DNA of 64,000 nucleotides, from NCBI GenBank assembly GCA_018670435.1, contig JABHRC010000039.1, forward strand, positions 2,964 to 66,963, read 5' to 3'. This DNA comes from Gammaproteobacteria bacterium. GTDB taxonomy: Bacteria; Pseudomonadota; Gammaproteobacteria; GCA-002705445; GCA-002716945. Position numbers and translations under genes: made by a program. Within the stretch, counting starts at the first letter, position 1. Every line of letters begins with the position of its first letter. This document shows, piece after piece, positions 38,730 through 49,800 of this stretch. A model generated the notes under the pieces. It saw nothing but the letters and a program-made list of their open reading frames with translations, was not told where the DNA came from and made no database searches.

Positions 38730-39901
38730 GCAATAAAGTTTTAATTGATATCTTGAAGATTGGCATAAAAGCTAACAAGGCAGATGCTGTCTGTTTTAAA
38801 TTACCTGAATTATCTACAACTGTAGCCGTATCAACTCAAAATAATTTTGCTGCAGCACCAGTTATTTTGTCTAAAAAAAATTTATTAAAAAGCTCACCAA
38901 AGTATATCTTAGTCAATTCCGGAAATGCTAATGCCTGCACAGGTAAGATTGGCATGGAGAATGCAATTAAATGCACCGAATTACTTTCAAAGAAACTTAA
39001 ATGCAAGAAAGAAGAAATTCTTTTGTCATCAACTGGAATAATTGGAAGACAATTACCAATTGATATTATTTCAAGATCTATAAATAGCTATAAGTTCAAT
39101 TTTAAGTCAAATTGGAAGCAGGCAGCTTCAACTATTATGACGACTGATAAATTTAGTAAACATATAAGTAGATCTTTTTTATTAAATAAAACAAAAATAA
39201 CAATAAATGCAATATGTAAGGGTGCAGGAATGATTGAACCTAATATGGCAACAATGTTGTCATTTATTTCTATTAATATTAATTTAAAAAAAACTTTATT
39301 AATAAGACTCCTAAAAAAATCTGTTGATTCTTCGTTTAACAGAATCTCTGTAGATGGTGATATGTCTACTAACGACACTGTTATGCTTATTTCAACAGGT
39401 GAAAATAAGAATCTTGATTTTACTAGAGATTCTAAAACATTTACAATATTGCAAAATGAGCTGACAAAGGTATGTAGCGATTTATCAGAAATGATAATCA
39501 AGGATGGGGAAGGTGCTACAAAAGTCGTTAAGATCAATATTTATAAAGCTCATAATATTTTCCAAGCAAAGAAAACAGCTTACAGTCTAGCCAATTCTAA
39601 TTTAATCAAAACTGCAATGTATGGTGCAGATCCAAACTGGGGAAGAATTATTGCTAGACTAGGATCAATTAGTAATATTAATTACTCTGAAAATAAACTC
39701 ATTTTGAAAATTAATAATAAAATAATATATGAAAAAGGTCTGCAGTCAAAAAAATGTAATTTGAAAGAACTTAATAAATCCATGATGAAAAAAAATATAA
39801 CAATAGATCTCTATATGAATGCTGGGAGTAGTAGTTATACTGTTTTGACATCTGATTTGTCTCATGAGTATGTTCATATTAATTCTGCTTACACAACATA
39901 G
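38726..39901 (+). CDS. argJ: Bifunctional ornithine acetyltransferase / N-acetylglutamate synthase
   Basis: NSGNANACTG, STGIIG, IMTTD, KGAGMIEPNMATML, DGEGATK and DPNWGR motifs. Confidence 0.95.
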   Translation: MSNKVLIDILKIGIKANKADAVCFKLPELSTTVAVSTQNNFAAAPVILSKKNLLKSSPKYILVNSGNANACTGKIGMENAIKCTELLSKKLKCKKEEILLSSTGIIGRQLPIDIISRSINSYKFNFKSNWKQAASTIMTTDKFSKHISRSFLLNKTKITINAICKGAGMIEPNMATMLSFISININLKKTLLIRLLKKSVDSSFNRISVDGDMSTNDTVMLISTGENKNLDFTRDSKTFTILQNELTKVCSDLSEMIIKDGEGATKVVKINIYKAHNIFQAKKTAYSLANSNLIKTAMYGADPNWGRIIARLGSISNINYSENKLILKINNKIIYEKGLQSKKCNLKELNKSMMKKNITIDLYMNAGSSSYTVLTSDLSHEYVHINSAYTT

Positions 39902-39904
39902 GTA

Positions 39905-40831
39905 ATGATAGATTATATTGAATGTTCGATAGCTCTTATTAAAAATAATACTGATTATTTATTTTCTCGAAGAATAAAAAAACCTTTTCATAATCATTAT
40001 GAATTTCCTGGTGGTAAAATTGAAAACAGAGAAACTCCGGAAGAGGCTTTAGCCAGGGAATGCTATGAAGAGTTAGATATTGAAATTATAGAAAATATAT
40101 ATCATGGAAGTATAACTCATAGATATGATAAGTTATCTGTAAGATTACATATTTTTGAAATTATTAAATATATTGGCAAAATTAAACCTAATGAGAAACA
40201 AGAACTCAAGTATATTAACCCTGCCACTTCTAATCTGCTGTTTCTCGAGTCAACATCTAGAGTGCTCAACCGATTAAAACTTAGAGAGTTATTTTTTATA
40301 ACACCTCGTAATATCAATAAAATCTTAAAACAATTTGCCAGTCTCGATCAGTGTAATTCTTTTGTTAGATTGAGATCACATGATTACTCAAGAACTGAAT
40401 ATATCCTTGCTGCTAAAACTTTATCAACTATTTGTCTACAAAAAAATATCCCATTTATCATCGATAAAAAATTCATGAATGATCTGAATCATATTAAATA
40501 TGATGGTATCCATTTTACGAGTAATGAATTAGATGAGTTAACTAGAAATGAGATGATTATTAGGAAAAATGGATACACTTATTCAGCCTCATGTCATAGT
40601 TTAGAAAATATTATTATAGCTAATAAGAACAATTTTGACTTTATAGTTATATCTCCTGTTATTTACTCAAAATATCTTACCGATGAACTCGGTTGGGAGA
40701 AGTTTAGTTCACTTGTATCTGAATCTAATATGCCTACTTATGCTTTAGGTGGACTTAAGCCTAATGATTTAAGTTTGTGTAAATCTTTTGGTGGTTTTGG
40801 AGTATCTGGAATAAGTAGATTTTGGTATTAA
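39905..40831 (+). CDS. mutT: Nudix hydrolase MutT fused to a thiamine-phosphate-synthase-like domain
   Basis: EFPGGKIE.RETPEEALARECYEE Nudix box; C-terminal GIH, ASCH, SPV and YALGG motifs. Confidence 0.85.
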   Translation: MIDYIECSIALIKNNTDYLFSRRIKKPFHNHYEFPGGKIENRETPEEALARECYEELDIEIIENIYHGSITHRYDKLSVRLHIFEIIKYIGKIKPNEKQELKYINPATSNLLFLESTSRVLNRLKLRELFFITPRNINKILKQFASLDQCNSFVRLRSHDYSRTEYILAAKTLSTICLQKNIPFIIDKKFMNDLNHIKYDGIHFTSNELDELTRNEMIIRKNGYTYSASCHSLENIIIANKNNFDFIVISPVIYSKYLTDELGWEKFSSLVSESNMPTYALGGLKPNDLSLCKSFGGFGVSGISRFWY

Positions 40832-40834
40832 TAT

Positions 40835-41608
40835 TTAAAGAGTACATGTGGTTAATATAAAGGATACATCTTCTTGGTATTGAACAAAATTATTCTTATC
40901 ATCTTTATTCATAAACATTATAGTTAATCGTTGTTTCCCCACACTTATTTGTGGATAATAATATATATCAGATGTCAGTGTAATTCTAACGAGTAATATA
41001 TTCTTTTTAGGATCAAGTTTTTCTATAAAGAAACCTTTCTCTGCCATCCTATCCTCAAACTTACCTGATTTTCTTATCACTTCTAAAATAAAATCAATGG
41101 AGCGTTTAATAAATTGTAATGGCTCCAACCATAAGTCAATTTGAGTCTCTCTAATTAATATATCCCTCGATAACCAAAACTCAATAGAAGCAGGTTGCAA
41201 CTGTGTATGACTATTTTTTATAATTGTTTTAAAAAGGATATCCTTTTCTAGGTAATCAAGATAATTTTGTTCTACCGAATGAATTAGCTGTAGCAACATA
41301 TTTTGTTTTTCTAGAACAGAATTTAATTTATTCTCATCTGCTCTAATTCCCGATAGATCTTTTATTTTCAAAAAATAGCTATTATGATTTTCAACTTCTC
41401 TGATTAATTCGGACTTTATATCACTCCTTGATAAAATCTCATATAATTCACAGAGTGACAATAGAGCGACATAATTATCATTTTTATTCTCTTTACCTTT
41501 GAAATGGTAGATCTTACTCAATAAAAATTCAATTTTAATAAACTTTCTAATCTTTTCTTGCACAGGTTCTTCATATAATAAAACCTGATTATCTGATAGA
41601 CTATTCAT
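40835..41608 (-). CDS. zapD: Cell division protein ZapD
   Basis: YEEP..EKIRKF, RSDIKSEL, W..P and YPQISVGKQR motifs; follows coaE. Confidence 0.85.
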   Translation of the reverse strand: MNSLSDNQVLLYEEPVQEKIRKFIKIEFLLSKIYHFKGKENKNDNYVALLSLCELYEILSRSDIKSELIREVENHNSYFLKIKDLSGIRADENKLNSVLEKQNMLLQLIHSVEQNYLDYLEKDILFKTIIKNSHTQLQPASIEFWLSRDILIRETQIDLWLEPLQFIKRSIDFILEVIRKSGKFEDRMAEKGFFIEKLDPKKNILLVRITLTSDIYYYPQISVGKQRLTIMFMNKDDKNNFVQYQEDVSFILTTCTL

Positions 41609-42179
41609 TTTTTAATTTACTGTATAATTTATTAAACCTTGTCTTTAATAACTCTATAGTATCATTATTAGATATGACATGTTCAGAACTATTTTTATAA
41701 TATAGAGAGCTTTTTTGGTAATTATTTAGAATCATAAAATCTTTTATATTAGCTTTATTCTTTAACAGGTATCTTTTTTTTCTTATATCTAATTTTGTAT
41801 CTATAGCTATCACTTTAAATTTCTTATTAATACTACTCATGGTTTCAATTAGTGGCAATTCGAGGACAACTTTATCTATGGTTTTGCTAAGTAAAATATT
41901 TAATTCTTTAAAAAATATGGGGTGTATTATCGAATTAATTTTGGCTGCATAATCTTTCGATGATAAAAATAATAATTTCAATTTATTCAATGAAATATTA
42001 GATCCATCTTTTAGAATATTAAATTCTTTTTGTAATTTCTCTTTGAGAGGAATATTACTCAGAATAAGATCTTTTGCAAGTTTGTCGGAATTAATATACA
42101 AATAGCCTTTTTTTTGTAAGCATTTGCATATTGTTGATTTACCAGAACCTATCTTGCCAGATATTAGAATTAGTCGCAT
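41601..42179 (-). CDS. coaE: Dephospho-CoA kinase
   Basis: SGKIGSGKS P-loop, IIHP and ELPL motifs. Confidence 0.85.
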   Translation of the reverse strand: MRLILISGKIGSGKSTICKCLQKKGYLYINSDKLAKDLILSNIPLKEKLQKEFNILKDGSNISLNKLKLLFLSSKDYAAKINSIIHPIFFKELNILLSKTIDKVVLELPLIETMSSINKKFKVIAIDTKLDIRKKRYLLKNKANIKDFMILNNYQKSSLYYKNSSEHVISNNDTIELLKTRFNKLYSKLKNE

Positions 42180-42268
42180 ATTTTTATCTTAGAAAGACTG
42201 TTAATAGAATCCCTATAAACATAATTATAATCAATGTTATCAGTAATGGCATTCTTCTCATTTAAATC

Positions 42269-42463
42269 TCACTTATAATTCTTACAATTTTTATAATTTC
42301 CATTATCATTACAATAATCTTCCTCTGCTACATATGCATTGCAATATCTGCAAAACTGTATATTTCTTTTTCCTTTTTTTATGATGCTTGTTTTCGTCCA
42401 AAACAGTGATTTAGCTATTATATAAACTAAAAATATTACTAAACCTATTATAATTATACGCAT
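42269..42463 (-). CDS. Small membrane protein with CxxC (PP0621-like)
   Basis: N-terminal TM segment, CRYC and further Cys residues; near nadE/bamD as for the PP0621 family. Confidence 0.6.
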   Translation of the reverse strand: MRIIIIGLVIFLVYIIAKSLFWTKTSIIKKGKRNIQFCRYCNAYVAEEDYCNDNGNYKNCKNYK

Positions 42464-42568
42464 ATTTGTATATCGAACATTAATCTTTTATTATTATAGA
42501 CTATAATATATGATTCTAGATTAAATATTAACCAGTGATTGGTTTTAATTACTTATAAGGCCTGTGAT

Positions 42569-43312
42569 ATGAATAATAAAAAAGTGATTTTATATATTAT
42601 TGATTGGATCAAAGATTATGTTAATTCTCCTGATTATAATATCAAAAGTCTGATAGTGGGTGTTTCTGGAGGGATAGATTCCGCTTTAACGAGCACTCTA
42701 TGTGCCATGACTGGTATCAATACTATAGTGATCAACATACCTTTGAAAACAAAAGATTCCTCATTAAGTAGTATGCATTGTAATTTTTTATTATCAAAAT
42801 ACTCCAATGTTCAATCTTACGAAGTTGATCTTAGCAGCACCTTTGATAAATTCTATGATACTTGTATCACATCAGGATTTGAAAATGATTTGGGTTTTGC
42901 TAATAGTAAATCTAGGTTGAGGATGATGCTTTTATATCAAGCAGCATCGAAATTTAAGGGTATAGTTATTGGGACAGGTAATAAAGTTGAAGACTTTGGT
43001 GTCGGTTTCTTTACAAAATATGGTGATGGTGGTGTAGACCTTTCACCTATTGCAGATTTAACAAAATCTGAGGTAAGATCTTTATCAAAAGAATTAGGTG
43101 TATCTGATAAAATATTAAATTCATCTCCTACTGATGGTTTGTGGGAAGATGATAGAACTGATGAGCAACAGTTAGGTCTCACTTATGAAGAACTTGAAGA
43201 TGCTATGTCTAATGAAGATAGTATTCACAGGGAAAAATACATGAGTATTAGAAAAAAGAATATCCATAAAATGAAAGTTATTCCTGTTTGTATTATAAAA
43301 GATAAAAACTAG
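42569..43312 (+). CDS. nadE: NH3-dependent NAD+ synthetase (single domain)
   Basis: GVSGGIDS, NSKSRLRM, GTGNKVE, TKYGDGG and PTDGLW motifs; TAAGG SD before ATG 42569. Confidence 0.93.
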   Translation: MNNKKVILYIIDWIKDYVNSPDYNIKSLIVGVSGGIDSALTSTLCAMTGINTIVINIPLKTKDSSLSSMHCNFLLSKYSNVQSYEVDLSSTFDKFYDTCITSGFENDLGFANSKSRLRMMLLYQAASKFKGIVIGTGNKVEDFGVGFFTKYGDGGVDLSPIADLTKSEVRSLSKELGVSDKILNSSPTDGLWEDDRTDEQQLGLTYEELEDAMSNEDSIHREKYMSIRKKNIHKMKVIPVCIIKDKN

Positions 43313-44184
43313 AAATAGTTATATATGTTTAAAAATCTGAACCAACTTGACGAATCGCTCTTTTCCATAACTACTTTCTTTTCTATTTTGATTTCCTTTT
43401 CAGCAATTATAACTCCATTTCTATTTTCTATCCTATAATCAGGATAATTTTCTTTTAAAACCCTAGCTGTATCCGATGCCAAATCATTCATACCCAAATA
43501 ATTATAGCCCTCTATTAATATTAATAACGCTTCTTCTGTGCTTGGTGTTCCATTATAATTTGTCAATAAATATTTTACTCTTTCAATAGCAGCTATATAA
43601 GCTTGTCTTTTAACATAATACTTGGCTATGTATAATTCATTTTTTGCCATCATATTTTTTATATATAACAATCTATTTCTTGAATCTTTAGCATACTTAC
43701 TTTTAGGAAATTTATTTATAACTATTGAGAAATCATCAAAAGATGCTCTTAGTTTTGACACATCGTATTTAGATGGGTCCTGTGCAAATATCTTAGTCAA
43801 AAAATTTTGTCCTTTATCAAAATTTGCTAACGCACGCAGATAGTAGGCATATGAAACATTTGGATGGTTAGGATATAATCTAATGAATCTATCAGCATTG
43901 ACTATTGCTTCATCCTTTAAGTTCGATTGATAAGATGCATATACTAGATCCAGCATGGATTGGGTTGAATATATTCCAAATGGATATCTTGCTTCCAATA
44001 TATCAAAGTACTTAATAGCATTAGGATAATCCTCTACATCAAGAAATGCCTTACCTTCTCCATATATTTGAGCTGCGGACAGGCCTTTGGTCGGATCTGC
44101 CTCTTTTAATATACCTTCCCAGTACGAACAACTTGATAATATTGCACAAAAGGCAAGGTTTATAAGAAGTATTTTTGCTTTCAT
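43309..44184 (-). CDS. bamD: Outer membrane protein assembly factor BamD
   Basis: Lipobox LSSC; LEARYPFG, RFIRLYPNHP, FPKSKY and ELYIAKYY motifs; divergent from rluD. Confidence 0.93.
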   Translation of the reverse strand: MKAKILLINLAFCAILSSCSYWEGILKEADPTKGLSAAQIYGEGKAFLDVEDYPNAIKYFDILEARYPFGIYSTQSMLDLVYASYQSNLKDEAIVNADRFIRLYPNHPNVSYAYYLRALANFDKGQNFLTKIFAQDPSKYDVSKLRASFDDFSIVINKFPKSKYAKDSRNRLLYIKNMMAKNELYIAKYYVKRQAYIAAIERVKYLLTNYNGTPSTEEALLILIEGYNYLGMNDLASDTARVLKENYPDYRIENRNGVIIAEKEIKIEKKVVMEKSDSSSWFRFLNIYNYF

Positions 44185-44219
44185 TTTGTTATTATAGATT
44201 AGTTACGTGAGAATACACC

Positions 44220-45176
44220 ATGAAAAATGTTACTTTTTACAAGTTTGATATTGAGCCTGAGAATAACTTAAGGTTAGACCAGTTAATATCATCAAGGTTG
44301 CCAGAATATTCCAGGTCAACCATTAAAAACTGGATTAATGCAGAAAAAATACTTGTTAATGGTAAAATATGTTCTCCTAAAGATAAAATATCCAGTAAAT
44401 CTGAAATAGAGATAGAAGTACATCCTTGCGAGGACATAGACATTCTATCAGAAGACATACCTTTAAACATTTTACACGAAGATGAAGATTTAATTGTTGT
44501 AAATAAGAATAGCAACATGGTTACTCATACTGCTGTTGGTAATTATTCTGGGACATTACAGAATGCTTTATTATTTAAGTATCCAGAATTGAGGGATGTA
44601 CCTAGAGCAGGAATAATACATCGTTTAGATAAACAGACATCTGGATTATTGATAATAGCAAGAACACTAAAGGCTCATAATAATTTAACAAAACAGATTC
44701 AAAATAAATTAATAACTAAAAAGTACATAACTATAACATCAGGTATCTTGAACAATGTAACTGTTATTGATCAAAAAATAGGCAGACATAAGATTAATAG
44801 AAAAAAAATGTCAGTAACAGATTCAGGAAAAGAATCTACTTCACGGCTGAAGATACTAAGGAGGTTTGATAAAGCCTCATTAATTGAGGTTGATCTAGTT
44901 ACTGGCAGAACACACCAAATAAGGGTGCATTTGTCATTTATTGGTCACCCAGTAGTAGGTGACAAGTTATATGGTTTTAAAAAATCTATATTTAGCAAGA
45001 ATACTAAATTAGTTAATTTTTTAGATTCATATAATGGTCATGCATTACATGCAATGTCACTGGAGTTTAAACATCCATCAACGAAAGAAAAATTTTTTAT
45101 AGAGTCTCCGCCACCAGATGAATTTTTAAAAATACAGTCATTAATTGAGAAACATAGTTATGCCGATACAAATTAA
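44220..45176 (+). CDS. rluD: 23S rRNA pseudouridine synthase RluD
   Basis: S4 domain RLDQ; HRLDKQTSG and TGRTHQIRVH motifs. Confidence 0.93.
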   Translation: MKNVTFYKFDIEPENNLRLDQLISSRLPEYSRSTIKNWINAEKILVNGKICSPKDKISSKSEIEIEVHPCEDIDILSEDIPLNILHEDEDLIVVNKNSNMVTHTAVGNYSGTLQNALLFKYPELRDVPRAGIIHRLDKQTSGLLIIARTLKAHNNLTKQIQNKLITKKYITITSGILNNVTVIDQKIGRHKINRKKMSVTDSGKESTSRLKILRRFDKASLIEVDLVTGRTHQIRVHLSFIGHPVVGDKLYGFKKSIFSKNTKLVNFLDSYNGHALHAMSLEFKHPSTKEKFFIESPPPDEFLKIQSLIEKHSYADTN

Positions 45177-45885
45177 ACCTGTGATCTGGGAAGTCCCAAA
45201 AAATATTAAAGCTTTCTCTACAACCCGTATCGGGGGATATAGTAAAGGTGAGTTCAAAGGGTCTAATCTCAGCTTAGATGTAGGGGATGAACAAACAAAT
45301 GTTCGGAAAAACAGAAGGGATATTTCAAAATCACTAAATTTAAGTATGGAGCCATGTTGGATGAAACAGATACATGGCTCTACTATAAGAAAAGTTACCG
45401 AGCCAACATCTGGTCTCGTATGTGATGGATCTTATACAAATATAGTGGGTTTACCATGCGTGGTTTTATCTGCTGACTGTTTGCCAATTTTAGTATGCAA
45501 TAAACAAGGAACAAAGGTTGGAGTAATTCACTCAGGCTGGAGAGGTTTACATAATGGTATAATAACTAAATTCATAAAAAGATTCTCTAATAACCCATCT
45601 GAATTAATATGCTGGATAGGCCCATCTATTACACCATCTAACTATTTAGTTCGTGAAGATGTGCATAAGAAGCTATCCAATATATCATCAAAAATATTCA
45701 ATAAAGTTGATGATGAGCACTGGGGTCTCGATTTAAAGAAAGGAGCTAAAATCTTTCTTAAAGCCGCAGGAGTTAAAAAAATATATACAGATGAAATGTG
45801 TACATATCAAAGTTCAAATTTATATTATTCTTATAGAGGAGATACTAATACCGGTAGAATTGCATCGCTAATTTGGATAGAATAA
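45160..45885 (+). CDS. pgeF: Peptidoglycan editing factor PgeF (YfiH)
   Basis: TTRIGGYS, QIHG, ADCLP, HSGWRG, IGPSI and YSYR motifs; ATG at 45160. Confidence 0.92.
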   Translation: MPIQIKPVIWEVPKNIKAFSTTRIGGYSKGEFKGSNLSLDVGDEQTNVRKNRRDISKSLNLSMEPCWMKQIHGSTIRKVTEPTSGLVCDGSYTNIVGLPCVVLSADCLPILVCNKQGTKVGVIHSGWRGLHNGIITKFIKRFSNNPSELICWIGPSITPSNYLVREDVHKKLSNISSKIFNKVDDEHWGLDLKKGAKIFLKAAGVKKIYTDEMCTYQSSNLYYSYRGDTNTGRIASLIWIE

Positions 45886-45909
45886 CTTATACCATGATAA
45901 GATCAAGCG

Positions 45910-46824
45910 ATGATAACTAAAATAATAAGTTCTGTGAAATCTTTGAGTATATTCAAGATTTTTATATCAGTTTTGATTGTTGGTCTTCTGTATGGCGGTG
46001 TTTCCTTATATTTAAAGTATACCGGTTTTGCAAAGTTCATGAATAAAACCAGAGTGGTTGCGGTCAAGGCAGAATCAGTAAAAATAGATGTTGCTCGAAA
46101 TACTTATCGGGCCTTATCTGTCATAGAGTCATTAGATTCAATTGATGTAACCGCAAAGGTTAATGGTCTTCTAGATAATGTCCACTATAAAGAAAGCAGT
46201 GTCGTTAATAAGGGTGATCTACTATTCTCTATAATATCCTCAGACTCTGTTGGACTAACGAAGATTTATGCGCCTTTCACTGGCATGGCTGGGCTTAGTA
46301 AAAAAAATATAGGTGATGTAGTTACTAAAGGTGAAATTTTAACTTCTTTAGATGAACAAGGTTTTATGAAACTACCAGTTAATTTACCAGAACGAATACT
46401 AGGATATTTGACAAAAAAATTATTATTTGTTGCATTTACAGATAGTGTTCCTGGCATTGAGTACAAAGGTACACTGGAGTACATAGATACTAGAATTGAT
46501 ACTGATACCCGAACTATTAGTGCTTATGCTTTAATAGATAATAAAAAAAATATATTGAAACCTGGTTTGCTTATGAAAATGGACATATTTTTAGAAGAAA
46601 GGACTGATGCTATTTTGATACCTGAAAAATCTTTATTAAACATTAATAAAAAACATTATGTCTATATTGTGGATAATGATATTGCTAAGCTAAAACCTGT
46701 TCAGATAGGTATTCGTAATAATTCTTTAATTGAGATCAAATCAGGACTTAATAATTTCGATAAAGTAATATTTATGGGTCATGAAAAATTAAAAGATGGA
46801 TCCAAAGTAAAAATTATAGAGTAA
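45910..46824 (+). CDS. RND efflux periplasmic adaptor (MFP), lacking the alpha-hairpin
   Basis: V.KGDLLF, IYAPFTG, ID.RID..TRT, LKPGL and IPE motifs; upstream of the RND gene. Confidence 0.85.
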   Translation: MITKIISSVKSLSIFKIFISVLIVGLLYGGVSLYLKYTGFAKFMNKTRVVAVKAESVKIDVARNTYRALSVIESLDSIDVTAKVNGLLDNVHYKESSVVNKGDLLFSIISSDSVGLTKIYAPFTGMAGLSKKNIGDVVTKGEILTSLDEQGFMKLPVNLPERILGYLTKKLLFVAFTDSVPGIEYKGTLEYIDTRIDTDTRTISAYALIDNKKNILKPGLLMKMDIFLEERTDAILIPEKSLLNINKKHYVYIVDNDIAKLKPVQIGIRNNSLIEIKSGLNNFDKVIFMGHEKLKDGSKVKIIE

Positions 46825-46828
46825 ATAA

Positions 46829-49800
46829 ATGCATATATCAGAAACAACAGTTAGAAGACCTGTTCTAGCAGCAGTTATAAGCATGTTTTTAGTCCTATTA
46901 GGACTAGTCTCGTATGATAAGTTATCAATTAGAGAGTATCCAGATATAGATAAACCAGTTGTTACTGTATCAACTGTTTATCGTGGGGCTTCAGCTGAAA
47001 TTGTCGAGAGAGATATCACTCAGATACTTGAAGATTCTTTATCAGGTATTTCAAATATCAAAGAGATAAAATCCGAAAGCAAGGATGAGATTTCTAGCAT
47101 AAGGATTGAGTTTACCTTATCAAGAGATATGGAGTCAGCTGCAAATGATGTAAGAGAAAAAGTATCGCGTGCAATTCCTAGATTACCAAAAGACTCTGAA
47201 CAGCCAAGAGTTGCAAAATCCGATACGGATGCAAGGGCGATTCTTTGGATTGGTTTTACCAGTGATCAATTGGACAGCATAGCTTTAAATGACTACTTGG
47301 ATAGAAACATTATCGATAGATTATCCATTTTACCAGGAGTAGCATCTATTACTGTTGGTGGAGAAAGAAAATATGCTATTAGGATCTGGCTAGATCCAGA
47401 TAAAATGTCATCGAGGCAAATAACAGTCGATGATATTTTAAATGCCATAAAGAAAGAAAATATTGAAAAACCAGCTGGACGACTTGATTCGACAGATAGA
47501 GAAATAAGCATACAGGTGAAGTCAAAGTTATCTGATATTGGTATGTTTAATGATATTGTCCTCAAAAACTATGGTAATAAGAAGATAAGACTTGGTGATG
47601 TGGCTGAAATCATCATTGGCGCAGAAAGTGATAGAGGATTTTTAAGAGCTAATAATAAGAATGCAATTGGATTAGGTATCGTAAGACAAACTAAGTCTAA
47701 TGTGCTGAAAGTTGCCTCAGCTATAAAAAATGAATTAGATTTGATTAGACCTTCATTGCCTAAAAATATCGATATGTTTGTGGGTTATGATCAATCAATA
47801 TTTGTTAATGAATCAATTTATGAAGTCAGGTTTGCACTACTTATATCGATATTAATGGTTATAGGTGTAATATATTATTTCCTATCATCTTCTGCGGCAA
47901 CTTTTATACCTGCTATTACTATACCCGTCTCATTGATCTCTACCTTTTATGTGATTTATATATTAGGTTACTCATTAAATGTCCTTACCTTTTTAGCCCT
48001 AGTATTAGCAATAGGATTGATCGTTGATGATTCAATTGTAGTATTAGAAAATATAAAAAGGAGAATCGAGAATGGAGAAAAGTCTTTTAATGCATCAATT
48101 GAAGGTGCCAAGCAAATTACTTTTGTTGTTATAGCAACAACACTTGTTCTAGTTTCAGTTTTTCTCCCATTATCATTTATGGGAGGCAAGACAGGAAGAT
48201 TATTTATTGAATTTGGAGTAGTCCTATCTTTTGCTGTTATATTTTCAAGCATAGTTGCATTAACGTTAACACCGATGTTATGTTCTAAATTACTTAAAGA
48301 TAATACTAAAGCTAAGAAAGAACCTATATTAATTAGTAAGTTTAGAAACTTCTATAAAGAATCTTTGTTAGAATCTCAGAAAAATCCTAAAAGAGTATAT
48401 TTATTTTCGATTGCAATGATCATTATATCTATGCTTTTGTTTCAAGTGATACAAAAAGAACTAGCACCTACAGAAGACAGAGGAATCTTTATTATCTCAG
48501 TTAAAGGGCCAGAAGGTTCGTCTCTTAGTTATACAGACTCTATAGTGCGTCAAGTTGAAAAAACTTTGCAGCCATATGTTATGAATAATGAAATTAATAC
48601 TATTTTTTCGATTGTTGCTCCGGGATTCTCTGGAAGACCTGGTGAAGTTAATTCAGCTTTTATGTTTACTACATTGACTGACTGGGGAACAAGAAGACAT
48701 CAAAAAGATATAGTTCGCGAAATCTTTCCACAACTACTGACAATCCCTGGAGCAAGAGTTTTTGCGATTAACCCTCCCAGCCTTGGTGGTAGTAGATTCA
48801 TGCCGCCTGTACAATTAGTAATTAGTGGTAATAATTATGACGATATAAGTGAATGGGGAAATACCTTAATTAATGAGTCTTCTGATCTAAAGATAAGAAA
48901 CTCAAATATTGATTATAAGATTACTAGCCCAAGATTAAATTTAAAAATTAATAGAGATAAAGCATATGAGTTGGGAGTATCAGCAGAATCAATTGCTAGG
49001 ACAATGGAAACATTATTAGCTTCAAATCAAGTCACAACATTCTCAAAAGATGGATTAACATATAATGTTATCTTGCAGGCTGATAAATCTTTTAGAGTAA
49101 ATGGAAATAGTTTAGACAATATATTTGTTGAATCATCAAATACATCATTAATCCCTTTATCTAACCTGGTTACTTATGAAGAAACTTCAACTAGCCAAAG
49201 TCTTAAAAGAATTAATAGGATGCCTTCTACAATATTTTCAGCATCTCTAGCACCCGGTTATCCACTTGGAGATGCTTTAAAAGATCTGATTTCCGTTACA
49301 AGTTCATCATTACCGGCTAATGCTAAAATATCATTCAGTGGAAGTTCAAAAGAATATTTTGAGTCGGGTAATAGTTTAGTGATAACAATATTATTTGCAA
49401 TATTAATTGTTTATCTAGTTCTAGCAGCTCAGTTTGAAAGTTTTAGAAAACCACTCGCTATAATATTAACTGTCCCAATAGCTTTGACTGCTGGACTTTA
49501 TACTTTATTTTTAACTGGAGCCTCAATTAATGTTTATAGCCAGATTGGATTCTTGATGTTAATTGGCTTAATCACAAAAAATGGAATATTAGTGGTTGAA
49601 TTTGCTAATCAATTAAGGGAAAAGGGTATGAGTGTTGATGAAGCAATATTTGAATCATCACTCATAAGATTGAGACCTGTATTAATGACTACTATTTCAA
49701 CTCTCTTAGGTGCAGTACCACTTGTTTTAAGTAGTGGTGCTGGCGCAGAAAGTAGATATGCTATGGCTGTTGTTGTTTTAGGTGGAATTACTTTGTCTTC

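Noticed and set aside
39905..40831. MutT-ThiE-like fusion as a novelty
   Set aside because: Common fusion after secA-argJ in beta- and gammaproteobacteria.
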